From contig NC_069001.1 in the NCBI RefSeq assembly GCF_001194135.2, forward strand, positions 3,131,188-3,195,187: a stretch of 64,000 nt of DNA, given 5' to 3'. Source of the DNA: Octopus bimaculoides (Eukaryota). Below, piece by piece: positions 1 through 13,480 of this stretch. The notes beneath the pieces are model-generated. The model did not search any database and had not been told where the DNA came from. It worked only from the letters and a program-made list of their open reading frames with translations. Position numbers and translations under genes: made by a program. How positions within the stretch are numbered: position 1 is the stretch's first letter; each line of letters begins with the position of its first letter.

Positions 1-271
1 TTATATTCTTTTTGTCTCAAACAAGGATTAAGGTCTCTGTAGCATTAAGAGACTTCAAAAACTAAATGAAATGAAGTAAAATATTAACCTTTAACAGAAG
101 TGAAAATTGAGTTTGTCATCAAAGCCTAAGATTAAGTGAATGAGTTACACTCAAAGATGTGAGTAGTCGGAGCTGAGTCTCAAAGACAACTGAGCTGGTT
201 AGAGTCATACATAACACCAAATCCAGACTCAACCAATGGACTAAACACTCAGTATTCATTCATAGAAGCCA

Positions 272-302
<31 letters not shown>

Positions 303-1170
303 TGCACACAGAAACACAAGTACACAGACAGGTACAAACACACACACACACAGAGGCTCGCTCAAGCACACACACACACACAGAACAGCACAAACGCACA
401 CACATGCACACAGAAACACAAGTACACAGGTACAAACACACACACACAGAGGCTCTCACACAAGCACACGCACACACAGACAGGTATACATGCACACACA
501 TATAGGTATACATATATATATACACACACACACAAAGACATGAACACATACAGAGAGACACAAACACACACACACAAACATACACATGCATGCACACAAA
601 CACACACACACAAGTAGATACACAGATACAATCAAGAATGAGCTTTATTGTTATTTTCTTTTCTTACACTTTTAGATTTCCATAGATTATTCTCCAGCAT
701 TTATATATATCTTATAGATAACCCCGTTTATAAACTCTACACACCTCCAGATGCTCAAACAGAATAAAAAAACAAAAATAGTAATAATAATAACCCAGAA
801 AATTTCACCAAAAGTCATCGAACTGGAGAAAAAAATCAATAGGATCGGCAGATTCAGGTTGAAACATGAGAATAAATGCGAAATTAAATATCTTCACAAC
901 CCCAAATTTTTTTCTATATTTAATATTTGCTGCACACCTTTTGTGCAGCAGACTTTCTATGGAAGCCACAAAGTGCTGAGATTTCTTTATCATCAAAAAT
1001 GATGAGAAAGTTATATAAATGTGGGTTCTATTAAATTTTCCTTATTTTTCCTTTATTTGTTATTTCGTGATATTGAAGAATGGGTTAGGCAGGAAGAGAT
1101 TGTATTTTATATCAGTTTCAAACATGTTATCACAATGGGTTTGATAGTTTTGCAAATGAATATGTGTATT

Positions 1171-1222
<52 letters not shown>

Positions 1223-1265
1223 CGGCCTTGAAGGGTTTTAGTCATATACATCAACCCCAGTATTT

Positions 1266-1584
1266 CTTTAAGCTTGGTACTTAGTCTATCAATCTCTTTT
1301 GTTGAACTGCTAAGTTAGAGGTACATAAACAAACCAACACTAGTTGTCAAGAGAAATCAAACATGGGCACAAAGACATGCATATGCACACACACACACAC
1401 ACACACACGCGCACAATAGGCTTTCACACAGTTTCCATCAACCAAATTCACTCACAAGGCATTGGTTGGCCCAGGGCTATAGTAGAAGACTCTTGCTCAA
1501 GATGCTGCACAGTGGGACTGAATCTGGAAGCACCAGGTTATAAAGCAAGCTTCCAAACCACCCAGCCACCATGCCTGCACCTAT
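1266..1584 (-). mobile_element. SINE family B (tRNA-like head, internal CA/TG microsatellite)
   Basis: Reverse complement of ...ggctgtgtggtaagaagcttgctt...gggttcagtcccactg...aaagccttgtgagtggatttggtagacggaaactg [TG]n ...gcggttcggcaaaagagaccgatagaataagtac. Confidence 0.75.
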
Positions 1585-2256
1585 AAGGAACTCATAGGTG
1601 CAGGCATGATTTTGATTATAAAAGAAATACGAGGTATTTTATGAAAACAACATCAACAAAAAAAAAAAAAACAGCATACATATTCATAAATAACAACTTG
1701 AGAATGAGAAATTAAATATGAGTCTACCAACAGAAATTGAACTCAACACCACTTGCTTACTGGTTAAACATGCTAACCAAAGACTATTGACTTACTTGTA
1801 TCAAACTCCACCAGTCTTAAAATAACTCTGTCTCCCAGCATTCTTTGTCCCATTCTGGTGCTAACTATGGTCAATTGTCCATTTAAATTAAAGCCAGTAT
1901 ATACATCATCATCATCATCATCATCATCATCATTAGTATGATCGTTGTCATCGTTTTAACATTCCCATGTCAGCAAGATTTGGTGGACCTCCCAGAATGC
2001 AAATCAATTATCATTTGTTTCATCAACTGTTCTCTCGAGTCCAGGGTTCTGATATCAAACCTCATTACTTCTTCCTATCCTTTCCATGGTCTTTAATGTA
2101 ATGTTTATATGCTGCATATGGACACGGTATATATAATGTATATAAAATGTGTGCATGCGAGGAACTTGGTCATAAAAGGTGTATACAATGTATTGAGCTA
2201 TAAAATAAATATATATATATATATATATATGAAGTACCTATAGCTAATTGCTTATA

Positions 2257-2295
<39 letters not shown>

Positions 2296-2956
2296 AATTT
2301 TATCCACCGATGCTATGTTGAGCACTCACTCTCATGGTTCGACATTTATGTGTATGTGTATATATATGAAATGGACAAAAGTTATAAAGTAAATGTGTGT
2401 ATAATCTATAAAAGAATATTGATGATCAACACTTTGGAGTTTCAGTGAATGAATGTGGAGCTTATAACCAAAGAATTGGGGTCCAGCAATGAAATATAGG
2501 GATTAGTAATCAAAATGTTAGATGCACTCAACCAGAGGTTCATCTGTCCTTAGTTAGAAGCATGAGGCAAAAAGTATGAGGTTGGGGTGGTGGGAGTGTA
2601 GCTCTCATTAGAATTGAACCCACAATAAAATTTCATTTTCTTTTTAAAAACTCCAAATAAGGATACTGTAAGGATATAAGGTAGATTGCTTTGCAGTTTA
2701 AGTAGCAATCTTGTCATCTGGCAAGAAATTTTTTTGTTAATGTAATCATCATCATCATCATCATCACTGTTTAACGTCCTCCTTCTATGCTGGCATTGGT
2801 TGGACAGTTTCACAGGAGTTGGCACTAGACTTCTTTGCCTGTTATATATATATATGGTTTGTAGATATTTGACTTCTATTTTTAGTGTATAGGTGATGGT
2901 ATTCCAGAGCCCTTATTTATAATTTTATTTTATAATATATACTTTAAAAAAAAAAA

Positions 2957-2995
<39 letters not shown>

Positions 2996-3396
2996 TACAC
3001 CATCAATTTTCCAGAAGCTTTGGTTCCAAAGCCTTTTGGGATAACTGATTTTTCTGAACCAGAAGTGGCCAATTTGGTCAACACACTTTAGATTAAACAA
3101 ATATTAAATTTACTTCGATAATTAAATGAAATACAGGTATTTCTACATTAGTGTAAATTATTGCCAATCATAACTGGCACTCGAGCAGTCATGATGACAA
3201 AGGTTCCAGTTGATCTGATCAATGGAACAGCTTGCTTGTAAAAATAATGTGCAAATTGCTGAGCACTGCACAGACATGCAGACCCTTAACATTGTTCTCA
3301 CAAGGATTCTGCGTGACACAGAGTGTGACAAGGCTGGCCCTTTAAAATACAGTTTTTGATTATAAGAGACTCCAGATCATCAGTGTCCAGAAAATT

Positions 3397-3440
<44 letters not shown>

Positions 3441-4436
3441 TGTTGTTCTTTGAAAAACTATCAGAAATGTATATATGTATGTGTTATGAACAGGATGGTT
3501 TCAAGACAGCCTTTTTTTTTCCTTGTATAGAAACACNNNNNNNNNNNNNNNNNNNNNNNNNNNNNNNNNNNNNNNNNNNNNNNNNNNNNNNNNNNNNNNN
3601 NNNNNNNNNNNNNNNNNNNNNNNNNNNNNNNNNNNNNNNNNNNNNNNNNNNNNNNNNNNNNNNNNNNNNNNNNNNNNNNNNNNNNNNNNNNNNNNNNNNN
3701 NNNNNNNNNNNNNNNNNNNNNNNNNNNNNNNNNNNNNNNNNNNNNNNNNNNNNNNNNNNNNNNNNNNNNNNNNNNNNNNNNNNNNNNNNNNNNNNNNNNN
3801 NNNNNNNNNNNNNNNNNNNNNNATTAGTTCTCATGACGATGTTGCCAAATTTATCGCTGCTACCACAAATAGAAGACCTTCATCAAGTGAGGGGAGGTGG
3901 TTCAGAATAAAAATAAAATCTTGAAACCCCAAACTCTAACCCTCCTTAACCATTCCATATCCTTACAACAACTGCCCACCCATCCACCTTGTTTGTTAAA
4001 GATGATCCGACAGCGAGGATGACTGGAAAGCAAGAAACATGGATCTTTGTGTCAAGTATCTTCACCTTTCACACACACACACACACCAACAGACAGGTGA
4101 CACCAGCAAGGTGGGGGGGGGGGAGAAGAAATGAAGAACTAAGGGTGTTTTTTTTGTTTTTTCCCTTTTTGTTTCAGATGAAAACTAAACCAGGGAGACT
4201 CTCTTCACATAGGTGGAAAGTCTCAAACTTCTCAACCTGTCACCAACATGTGGTACAGTGCATTCATATTGATCGATTCGCACACAATAAGTACAATTCA
4301 AGGATTTAAACATTTTTCAGTTTGTCTCGTTCCATTACAAAACATGAATACCTCTACTAACGCAACCACCACATCCATCTGTACAAATACATTCATACAT
4401 GTGCACACATACATACACTCACACATGCATACACAG

Positions 4437-4475
<39 letters not shown>

Positions 4476-4625
4476 GTTAATGCTAGTTCTTGTGTTCAGT
4501 TATAATCCTTTCAGCTGTAGGCAAAACGCCCCTGAAATTTGGGGAGAGTGGTCAAGTCGATTACATCAACCCCAGAGTTTCACTGGTACTTAATTTATTG
4601 AACCCAAAACGATGAAAGGCAAAGT

Positions 4626-4657
<32 letters not shown>

Positions 4658-5723
4658 AATGTGTGTAAGTGCATGCGTACATACATATAAATGGGTGAGT
4701 GTTTTTATGTTTTTATGTTTGTGTTGGTTTGTTTATGGCTCTGTAACTCTGCAGTTCAGCAAAAAGAGAGAGATAGAATAAGAACCAAATTTATGAAAAA
4801 AAAAAAAACAAAATGAAATAAACCACTGGAGGCAATTTGTTCAAATAAATCCTTCATGGCAGTGCCCCAGCATGGTCGCACTCCATTGACTGAAACCAGT
4901 AAAAGATAAAAGATGTTTTTTTTTGGTTGTTGTTTTTGATTCTTTTTTTTTGTCCATTTTTTTCTTTTTGGTTTCTTCCTTTGTTTTTAAGAGATGTCAC
5001 ATCAAAAGCTAGAAAGTACAGTTATGGCTTTCAATATCTCAAACTGCTGCACTCTAAATTATAAACTGACATATCTACACAGGAATGCTAAAATCCTTCA
5101 AACTACCATTCCGATAATGTCTTTGCATATTTGTTGGTTTGTTTTGATTGTACTGATTTTATTATTTTTCTGTTTTGTTTGTTTTACTTATTTCTGAAAT
5201 ATTTCTATTCATGACAGAATTCGCAATATTGGATTTACTATGAAACACTTTGTGTGTGTGCGTGTGTGTGCTCGCGTGTGTGTGCTCGCGTGTGTGTGCT
5301 CGCGTGTGTGTGTGTTTGTGCATGTATGTGTGTGTCTGTGTCTGTGTGCATGTGCATGTGTGAATGCATGTCTGTTTGTGCATGTATGTGTGTGTGCATG
5401 TGCATGTGTGCGAGTGTGAGTGTGAGTCTGTGTGCATGTGTGTGTGTCTGTGTGTGCATGTGTGTGTATTTGTGTTTGCATTGTGTGTGTGTATGTCTGT
5501 GTGCACGTGTGTGCATGTCAGTATGTGCATGTGTGTCTATGTGTGCCTGTGTGTGTGTGTGCACGTGCATGCGTCTATGTGTGCATGCGTGTGTGTGTGT
5601 ATGTGTATGTGTGTAAGCATATGTGCATGCATGTGTGAGTATGTATGTGCATTATGTGTATTGACTATTTATATTCAATACACATATAGTTATGTGGCAG
5701 TTATATATATACATAATGTATTG

Positions 5724-5761
<38 letters not shown>

Positions 5762-5772
5762 ANNNNNNNNNN

Positions 5773-5819
<47 letters not shown>

Positions 5820-6352
5820 AAGTGAGTGAGAGAGAGAAAGAAAAAGAGAGAAGATACAATAGGGCCAAATGGTTAAGAAGTTTGCTCGACAACCACCACT
5901 GGCAAATATAAATTTTCTATAGCTGTGGGCCAACATGTAACTTACGAGTGAAACTGGGTCAATGGAAACTGTGCAGAATCTTGTACCTGTAATTTAAAAT
6001 GTAAAGCCTTCACACACGCACACACACACACACACAGTCTCTCTCACACACACACACACACAGTCTCTCACACACACACATTGTGTTATGCTGATTCTGA
6101 TTGAAAATTACATTACGGATATATGTGTTGGTGGAATATTCAGCCACTTACATGCTAATTAAGGAGCAGGTAATTCAGTTCATCAAATAACTAAATCCAT
6201 ATTGTCAAAACTAACAAAGAACCATTTATATGTATTGAAACTGTGATGATATTTGCTAAACAGCTGATGATGGGTTGAGTATGTTTGCATTCATTTGTGT
6301 TGCTTTTTGATTTTCTTGAATAATTCTTTGTCCCTCTGTGCTACCTATTTCA

Positions 6353-6395
<43 letters not shown>

Positions 6396-6460
6396 NNNNN
6401 NNNNNNNNNNNNNNNNNNNNNNNNNNNNNNNNNNNNNNNNNNNNNNNNNNNNNNNNNNNN

Positions 6461-6507
<47 letters not shown>

Positions 6508-7068
6508 CACATATACACAGATATGTAGATATGTATGTATGTATGTACATATATAAAAAATGGAATGACAAACAGAGATAGGTATAGTAAATGTATTTAT
6601 ATATAAGCAATTTACATGATGTAAGCAGGCCTTGTCTTTACAGCTGTTTCAAATGGATCTGTGAATGGTTGATATAACAATGCACATATTGTGCAATATT
6701 ACTCATAAACATAAAAGCAAAGATAGTATCAACTAGCATGAATTTTAGTAGCTGAGCATCTCTGTGTGTCTCATTCTTCAATATATGTTTGATTTTGAAC
6801 ATCAAAGCACAAGATAAATTCTTATACTACCACCATGATATGTTCCACTAATAACCTCCACCTTCCAAATACAAACAGGAAATATCCTGAATAATATCAT
6901 CAACTTACTGACCACCAAAAATATACCACCTTCTCACATTCTTTTTTAAATTCTTAAAAGTTCCATTACAAAAAAAAGAAAATGACACCCAATGGACAAA
7001 GTTTAATACAAAATTGTTTATATCATTACTGACCACAAAAACAAACATTAACATATATATTATATTGA

Positions 7069-7285
7069 AGGCGATGTGCTGGCAGGAGTGTTAGCATGCC
7101 AGGCAAAATGCTTGCCAGCATCTTGTCCATCTACATACTTTGAGTTAAGATTCCGCTGAGGTTGACTTTGCCTTTCATCCATCTGGGATCAATAAAAGTA
7201 AGTGTGAGTTAAACAATGAGGTTGGTGCAACTGACTTACTCCATCCCCTGAAATTGCTGGCCTTGCGCTAAAATTTGAAACTAAT

Positions 7286-7287
<2 letters not shown>
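7069..7287 (+). mobile_element. SINE family A (tRNA-like head, about 215 bp)
   Basis: Family consensus aaggcagcgagctggcagaatcgttagc...gagttcaaattcc...gactttgcctttcatcctttcggggtcgataaaataagtaccag...ggccttgtgcc; A-box/B-box-like motifs; more than 15 copies in the window. Confidence 0.75.
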
Positions 7288-7334
<47 letters not shown>

Positions 7335-9211
7335 NNNNNNNNNNNNNNNNNNNNNNNNNNNNNNNNNNNNNNNNNNNNNNNNNNNNNNNNNNNNNNNNNN
7401 NNNNNNNNNNNNNNNNNNNNNNNNNNNNNNNNNNNNNNNNNNNNNNNNNNNNNNNNNNNNNNNNNNNNNNNNNNNNNNNNNNNNNNNNNNNNNNNNNNNN
7501 NNNNNNNNNNNNNNNNNNNNNNNNNNNNNNNNNNNNNNNNNNNNNNNNNNNNNNNNNNNNNNNNNNNNNNNNNNNNNNNNNNNNNNNNNNNNNNNNNNNN
7601 NNNNNNNNNNNNNNNNNNNNNNNNNNNNNNNNNNNNNNNNNNNNNNNNNNNNNNNNNNNNNNNNNNNNNNNNNNNNNNNNNNNNNNNNNNNNNNNNNNNN
7701 NNNNNNNNNNNNNNNNNNNNNNNNNNNNNNNNNNNNNNNNNNNNNNNNNNNNNNNNNNNNNNNNNNNNNNNNNNNNNNNNNNNNNNNNNNNNNNNNNNNN
7801 NNNNNNNNNNNNNNNNNNNNNNNNNNNNNNNNNNNNNNNNNNNNNNNNNNNNNNNNNNNNNNNNNNNNNNNNNNNNNNNNNNNNNNNNNNNNNNNNNNNN
7901 NNNNNNNNNNNNNNNNNNNNNNNNNNNNNNNNNNNNNNNNNNNNNNNNNNNNNNNNNNNNNNNNNNNNNNNNNNNNNNNNNNNNNNNNNNNNNNNNNNNN
8001 NNNNNNNNNNNNNNNNNNNNNNNNNNNNNNNNNNNNNNNNNNNNNNNNNNNNNNNNNNNNNNNNNNNNNNNNNNNNNNNNNNNNNNNNNNNNNNNNNNNN
8101 NNNNNNNNNNNNNNNNNNNGGGAGGGAGCAGTTTGGAGCATGTAAGTCAAAGACAAATAACAAGGGAGGGTAGAATGAGTGCAGGAAGGAGAGCAAAAGA
8201 GAGGGAGAGCAAGAGAGAGAGAGAGAGAGAGGCTGTAGGAGGAGGAGGGAAATAGAGGAATAGGAAGAGATAGTGGGGAAGAAAGGATGCAAGAGATTGG
8301 AAAGACGAGGGGTGGGGGGAAGAGTGGAATTTTTTTCTGAGACAGAAAAATAAAAATACAGATTCAGAAAACTCAAATAAAGGTCAGAAATGGAGAGGTT
8401 ATAATCAAATAATAATAATAATAATAATAATAACAATAACAATAAATAATAATAATTAAGATGAGAGATGATGATGATGATTACGAGGAAAATGGCAATA
8501 TATACTGTAAGACAAACACACCTGGTCTTTTGCCCCGTTGGATAGCAATTCGGTCATGATCCATGTTTCCTGATCCCGCAACCATGATGAAATAGGGGTC
8601 TGGGACAAAGTCCCTATTTAGTGTCCTTTACGTTCTCAATGTAGGTCCCGATGTTGTGAAAGAGGTAATGTTTAAAACTTAGTGGTTGTTATAGTTGTTG
8701 TTGTGGTAGTGGTGTTGGTGGTGGCAGAGATGGTGATGATATGAAGGTGGTGGTGGTGGTGGTAGTGGCAATGGTGATTACAGTTGGTTTGAAAGAAGAA
8801 AAAGAAAAGGGAAAAGAAAACGCCAACTTTTAGGGTGGGCGACCGCTTATCCAGTTTCAATAGCAAGCATACTGGAAGATTTGAAGTTCACAAAGGAAGA
8901 CATGTCCAAGTTATAGAAATAAATTATGATTTGGGTATCCAAACAGAAGAGAAAGTAAGGAAAAAAATAAATAAATATAAAACAAAGGTAAAAAAAAAAA
9001 CATAAAAAAACAAAAAAAATATTTCATTTGTCTATTTTGCTTACTTTACTCACCCACCCCACCCCTTCCCCTCCATCACCCAAACCACTCTCCCTCCACA
9101 GCATCATCGGATAAATGCGGAGATAATCTGAATTGATTGTAATACGTGTGTGTGTGTGCGTGTAATTGTACATAGATATATACACATACGCATGCAGACA
9201 CACAGATGTAC

Positions 9212-9247
<36 letters not shown>

Positions 9248-9369
9248 GCATACTCACAGATACAATACATACATACTCCGTTATATACATTGTGTGTGTA
9301 ATTCAAGTAGGTGGCAATATACTAAGTGATGCACACAACATATATATATACATATATATGTATACACAC

Positions 9370-9401
<32 letters not shown>

Positions 9402-9965
9402 TTGTATACACACACACACACATATATATATATATAAGCAAATAACCACTTGTATACAGTGAAGCCTGGTAAAAGCTACTTTGGTCAGTGGACACATACA
9501 GAAAAAAAAAAGTCAACAAAGAGGAATAACTCAAATACACCTACAGCACAATGTTTGATCATTCAGGTAGGTTCTGAATGACAGGTGCATACAATTCTAG
9601 AAGAACTGAGATGAAATTCCTCTTGTTCACAGTCAAAGAAAGATAATGCAAACCCTTGAGCCAGTTGTTTAGAAACTCACAAGAAAAGGAAAGATGAATA
9701 ATCTTGAGAGATTAAGAATCAACTGCAGAGAAAATTAAACTTTGTTGTTGAGATGTAAAAATTAGGATATCACTAACGAGGTCAAATAAGCTATTTCTTC
9801 TACTTTCTCTTGAGGTCAACTGTGCCTTGGGGAGGGGGGTCAAGAAAATAAAGGACCATTCAAGCTAAGTGGTCAATGGTATCGATTGAACCCCTTCTCT
9901 TAAAATTGTTGATCATGCGTCTAAATTTGAAACAATCATCATCATCGTCCTCAACATCAACATTG

Positions 9966-10009
<44 letters not shown>

Positions 10010-10320
10010 GGTTAATTTATCAAAACTAGACATATTATCAATAATTTTGATAATGACCAATAGCTTATGGCTAGAAGAATAATCAAATTAGACGAAATAT
10101 ACTTGTCTGGTGCCAATCTCAACTTTGAACCATCTTTGGCTAATGAACTTCTTTGGCATATCAATAATATTAATGCCGATGATGATAACAACAACAACAA
10201 CAACAACAATGATAATAATAATTAATAAATTAGAAATATAAAAATTACATATTCTTGGCAGAGACATTTCATAATTTCTGAAATTCATTCTTGTTAAGAA
10301 AACTAATTACACAATTTTAC

Positions 10321-10466
10321 AAACTCCTCGTTATATTGCGAACGACACCATTCTATTGTTGAAGCCAGTAGGTGACTTGAGAGATTCTTTAGAAATGGCA
10401 CTGAATAAAAAGGACGACCGATATTGGTGTCAGACAAGAAGTGAGGTGGCGCCTCACAGGATATCT
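10321..10466 (-). CDS. Weak candidate exon (146 nt), phase 1->0
   Basis: Acceptor ctactgag|AGATATCC, donor GAGTTT|gtaaaa. Open frame ISCEAPPHFLSDTNIGRPFYSVPFLKNLSSHLLASTIEWCRSQYNEEF in a unique segment. The plus strand is also open here, so the strand is uncertain. Confidence 0.15.
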
Positions 10467-10584
10467 CTCAGTAGACAACAATGGATATGTCTATGCAGTT
10501 GTCAACACACTCATGTACTTACACACACATGGACACACACATATACACATCCAGACAATAATAATAATAATAATAACAACAACA

Positions 10585-10768
10585 ACATTGAAAAGCACCC
10601 AGTACACTCTGTATAAATGGTTGGCATTAGGAAGGGCATCAAACCATAGGGACCAGGCCAGAACAAACAACTGGAGCCTGGTGCAGTTCCCTGGCTTGCC
10701 AGTTCCTGACAAACCTTCCAACCCATGCCAGCATGGAAGGCAGACATTAAATGATGATGATGATGATA
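10585..10768 (+). mobile_element. SINE family C with (GAT)n 3' tail
   Basis: gttggcattaggaagggcatc...ggagcctggtgcag...ccaacccatgccagcatggaaggcagacattaaatgatgatgat. A short tandem-repeat tail is typical of RTE-mobilised SINEs (partner LINE not proven). Confidence 0.75.
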
Positions 10769-11378
10769 CTCTCACACACACACACACACACAAGTGCGTG
10801 CACACACCCACATACACAATAGGCTTTCACACAGTTTCCATTTACCAAATTCACCCACAAGGCATTTGTTGATACAGGGCTATATTAGAAGACACTTGCC
10901 CAAGGTGCCACACAGTGGGACTGAACCTGAAGCCATGGGGTTGCAAAGCGAACTTCTTAACCACACAACAACATAACTGAATAAAAACAAACAAACAAGA
11001 GCAAAAGTNNNNNNNNNNNNNNNNNNNNNNNNNNNNNNNNNNNNNNNNNNNNNNNNNNNNNNNNNNNNNNNNNNNNNNNNNNNNNNNNNNNNNNNNNNNN
11101 NNNNNNNNNNNNNNNNNNNNNNNNNNNNNNNNNNNNNNNNNNNNNNNNNNNNNNNNNNNNNNNNNNNNNNNNNNNNNNNNNNNNNNNNNNNNNNNNNNNN
11201 NNNNNNNNNNNNNNNNNNNNNNNNNNNNNNNNNNNNNNNNNNNNNNNNNNNNNNNNNNNNNNNNNNNNNNNNNNNNNNNNNNNNNNNNCAAAAGCGTGTT
11301 TTTGGTTAGTTTGGGGAAAATTATTTGAGTTTGGGGGAGGGAAGAGGCCAAAGCATCAAGTAGTAGTAGTAGCAACAT

Positions 11379-11410
<32 letters not shown>

Positions 11411-11870
11411 ATAGTAGTAGCAGCAGCAGCAGCAATATTGGGGTTGGTGATAGTGGTAGTGGTGGTGCTAGCGATGGTAGTAGTAGTAGTAGTAGTAGCG
11501 TTGGTGGTAGTGGTGGTTGTGGTGGTCATGATAGTAGTAGTCATGGTGGTAGTAGTAATCATGGTGGTGGTGGTAGTAGTTGTGGTGGTGGTGGTGGTGG
11601 TGGTGGTGGTGGTATTGGTGGTACAGCAATGTTAGTAGCATTGTGGTGGCAGTAGTGATGGTGGTGGTGCTAGTTATGATAGTAGTAGTCATGGTGGTGG
11701 CCATCATCATCATCATCGTGGTAGCACTACAACAACAGGAATCAATATGCTGTGTTGTTTGTTTATGTAAATTCGCCCCCTGCTGTTTCTCTGGTGGACA
11801 AAGTTAAACCAAACCGTTATTTCTTTCGATAAAAACAAAAATCTGAGTTTATTCCAACAAAGAAATTGAC

Positions 11871-11987
11871 CTTCTTTTCTTGAGAAGTGATGAGAAAAAT
11901 ACATGGTTCTTCTTGCTTCTGCTTCAGCTGTAGATTTGACTGCTATTTCTAGCAGATCAAGTAGCCATGCAGAGGTTCCCACAGAGG
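11871..11987 (-). CDS. Candidate symmetric phase-1 exon (117 nt)
   Basis: Acceptor ttgttcaag|CCTCTG; donor AAAGAAG|gtcaat is weak. Only the phase-1 frame is open: SVGTSAWLLDLLEIAVKSTAEAEARRTMYFSHHFSRKE (part of track ORF 11713..11982). Confidence 0.22.
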
Positions 11988-12498
11988 CTTGAACAACATT
12001 ATGTTAACAGTCACTGGTGGATATTATATAGCATGTGTAGTGGTGGTTGTATATGTGATGGTTTATGTAGTAGCATCTTCATTTTCCTTCATAAGCCTTC
12101 CTATGAAGTGTAGGCCATCAACAACAGTCCCCTACTGTTTGCGTCTCAGGGTCATCTTCACTGTTTCTCTCTAATTGGATCCCAAATTTTTTTAGCTCTA
12201 CCTCAGTATCCTACCTCTAACTATTTTTAGGGAGTTCTCCCCTCTTCCACCTCCCTTATGGGTTACAGATCAGAGCCTAATATGTAATCCAGGAAACCAG
12301 TTTCCTTCCTTTTGGAATTTGTGGCCCTGCATCAAACTTTTCCCTGAAGGACAGCCTTCCATCTCCCAGGTATTTGTTGGTTTTTCAGTTGTCATCAATG
12401 ATTCTTCAACTTTGCTTTATTTGTTTTCTATATAAAGGTGATGGCCATGCACAAACCCATTTTTACCTCTGGGAAGACATAGCCAGATTATTCAAGCC

Positions 12499-12612
12499 CA
12501 GGGGTTCTCAACCATTTTTTCATCTATGGACCCCTTTGATTGCAATCTTATTCTGATGGACCCCCCACCCCCCACCCCCGTAGCCATTTGATGTTTAAAA
12601 ACTAGTTTTATC
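12499..12612 (+). mobile_element. hAT-like MITE, terminal fragment
   Basis: Begins caggggttctcaacc...atggacccctttgatt...agccatttgatgtttaaaaa; homologous to the reverse complement of 32600-32725. Confidence 0.55.
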
Positions 12613-12769
12613 AAAATTCCTCTTTTGCTTTTCACACACATCATCAGCTTGTGTAGGTTGACCTACATAAATGACTGAAACAAGTAAAGATGAAGGATCT
12701 GTAATCAACATTTCTAGATTTGCACATCCTCATCATCAGGACTGGCTTCAGTATTGCCTCTTATATAAC

Positions 12770-13000
12770 AGTGGTGCCACATAAAAGCCAGTGCCATGTA
12801 AATATCACCCATGCTGGTGCCACGTAAAAAGCACCCAGCACATGTGTAAAGTGGCAGGCATTAGGAAATGCATCCAGCCATAGAAACCCTGCCAAAACAG
12901 ACAACTGGAGCCTGCTGCAGCCCTCCAGCTCACCACCTCCTGTCAAACTGTCCAACCCATGCCAGCATGGAAAACAGACACTAAATGATGATAATGATGA
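12770..13000 (+). mobile_element. SINE family C
   Basis: aaaagcacccagcacatgtgtaaagtggcaggcattagg...ccaacccatgccagcatggaaaacagacactaaatgatga. Confidence 0.75.
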
Positions 13001-13090
13001 TGGTGCATATTTTAGCAACAAAGATATTTTAGCCGTCAGCAGTTATGTGTTAATTTGCTTCAATTAATAGTGAAATTTATGTAAGTAGGT

Positions 13091-13480
13091 GACTTCATTG
13101 TGGTCATATCAGATGACAGCTAACTTCAATATGGCCTTGCTAAGTGGTATTTATGTTCAATATTGCCATCGAAGATGGCAGCTAATTTTAATTTGGCCTT
13201 TTCAGGTAAAGGCCAAACATTAATGAGGTTTTGTCGAATGGCAGCTGACTTTCATTTAGCCTCATCAGGTAGTAATTAACTTCAATGTGGCCTTGTTAAA
13301 TCATGACTGACTTCAATGTGGCCATGTCAGATGGCAAATTAACTTCAAAGGAGCCTTGTCAGATGGCAAGTCAACTTCAATGTGGCCGACTTCAACATGG
13401 CTATCTGAGACGGAAATTAATTTCAATGTGGCCTTGTCGGATAGAAATTGACTTCAATACAGCCTTATGAGAAGATGGCC
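13091..13480. repeat. Degenerate 31-32 bp minisatellite, about 12-13 units
   Basis: Consensus about aacttcaatgtggccttgtcagatggcaaatt; unit starts at 13091, 13122, 13153, 13184, 13216, 13247, 13278, 13309, 13341, 13373, 13388 (after a half unit), 13419, 13450. Confidence 0.9.

Noticed and set aside
745-822. Minus-strand exon-like segment encoding a transmembrane-like peptide SMTFGEIFWVIIITIFVFLFCLSIW
   Set aside because: T-rich antisense of an A-rich tract gives F/I/L/V by chance and the donor is weak. Worth rechecking only if RNA-seq supports the minus-strand gene.
8522-8613. Minus-strand 92-nt segment reading ETWIMTELLSNG (kinase hinge-like) or DFVPDPYFIMVAGSG
   Set aside because: No other kinase motifs anywhere in the window, the acceptor is poor, and competing plus-strand mini-exons are equally plausible.
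13091-13480. Regularly spaced repeats of about 31 bp resembling a CRISPR array
   Set aside because: Units are contiguous and degenerate with no unique spacers; there are no cas genes and the DNA is eukaryotic.
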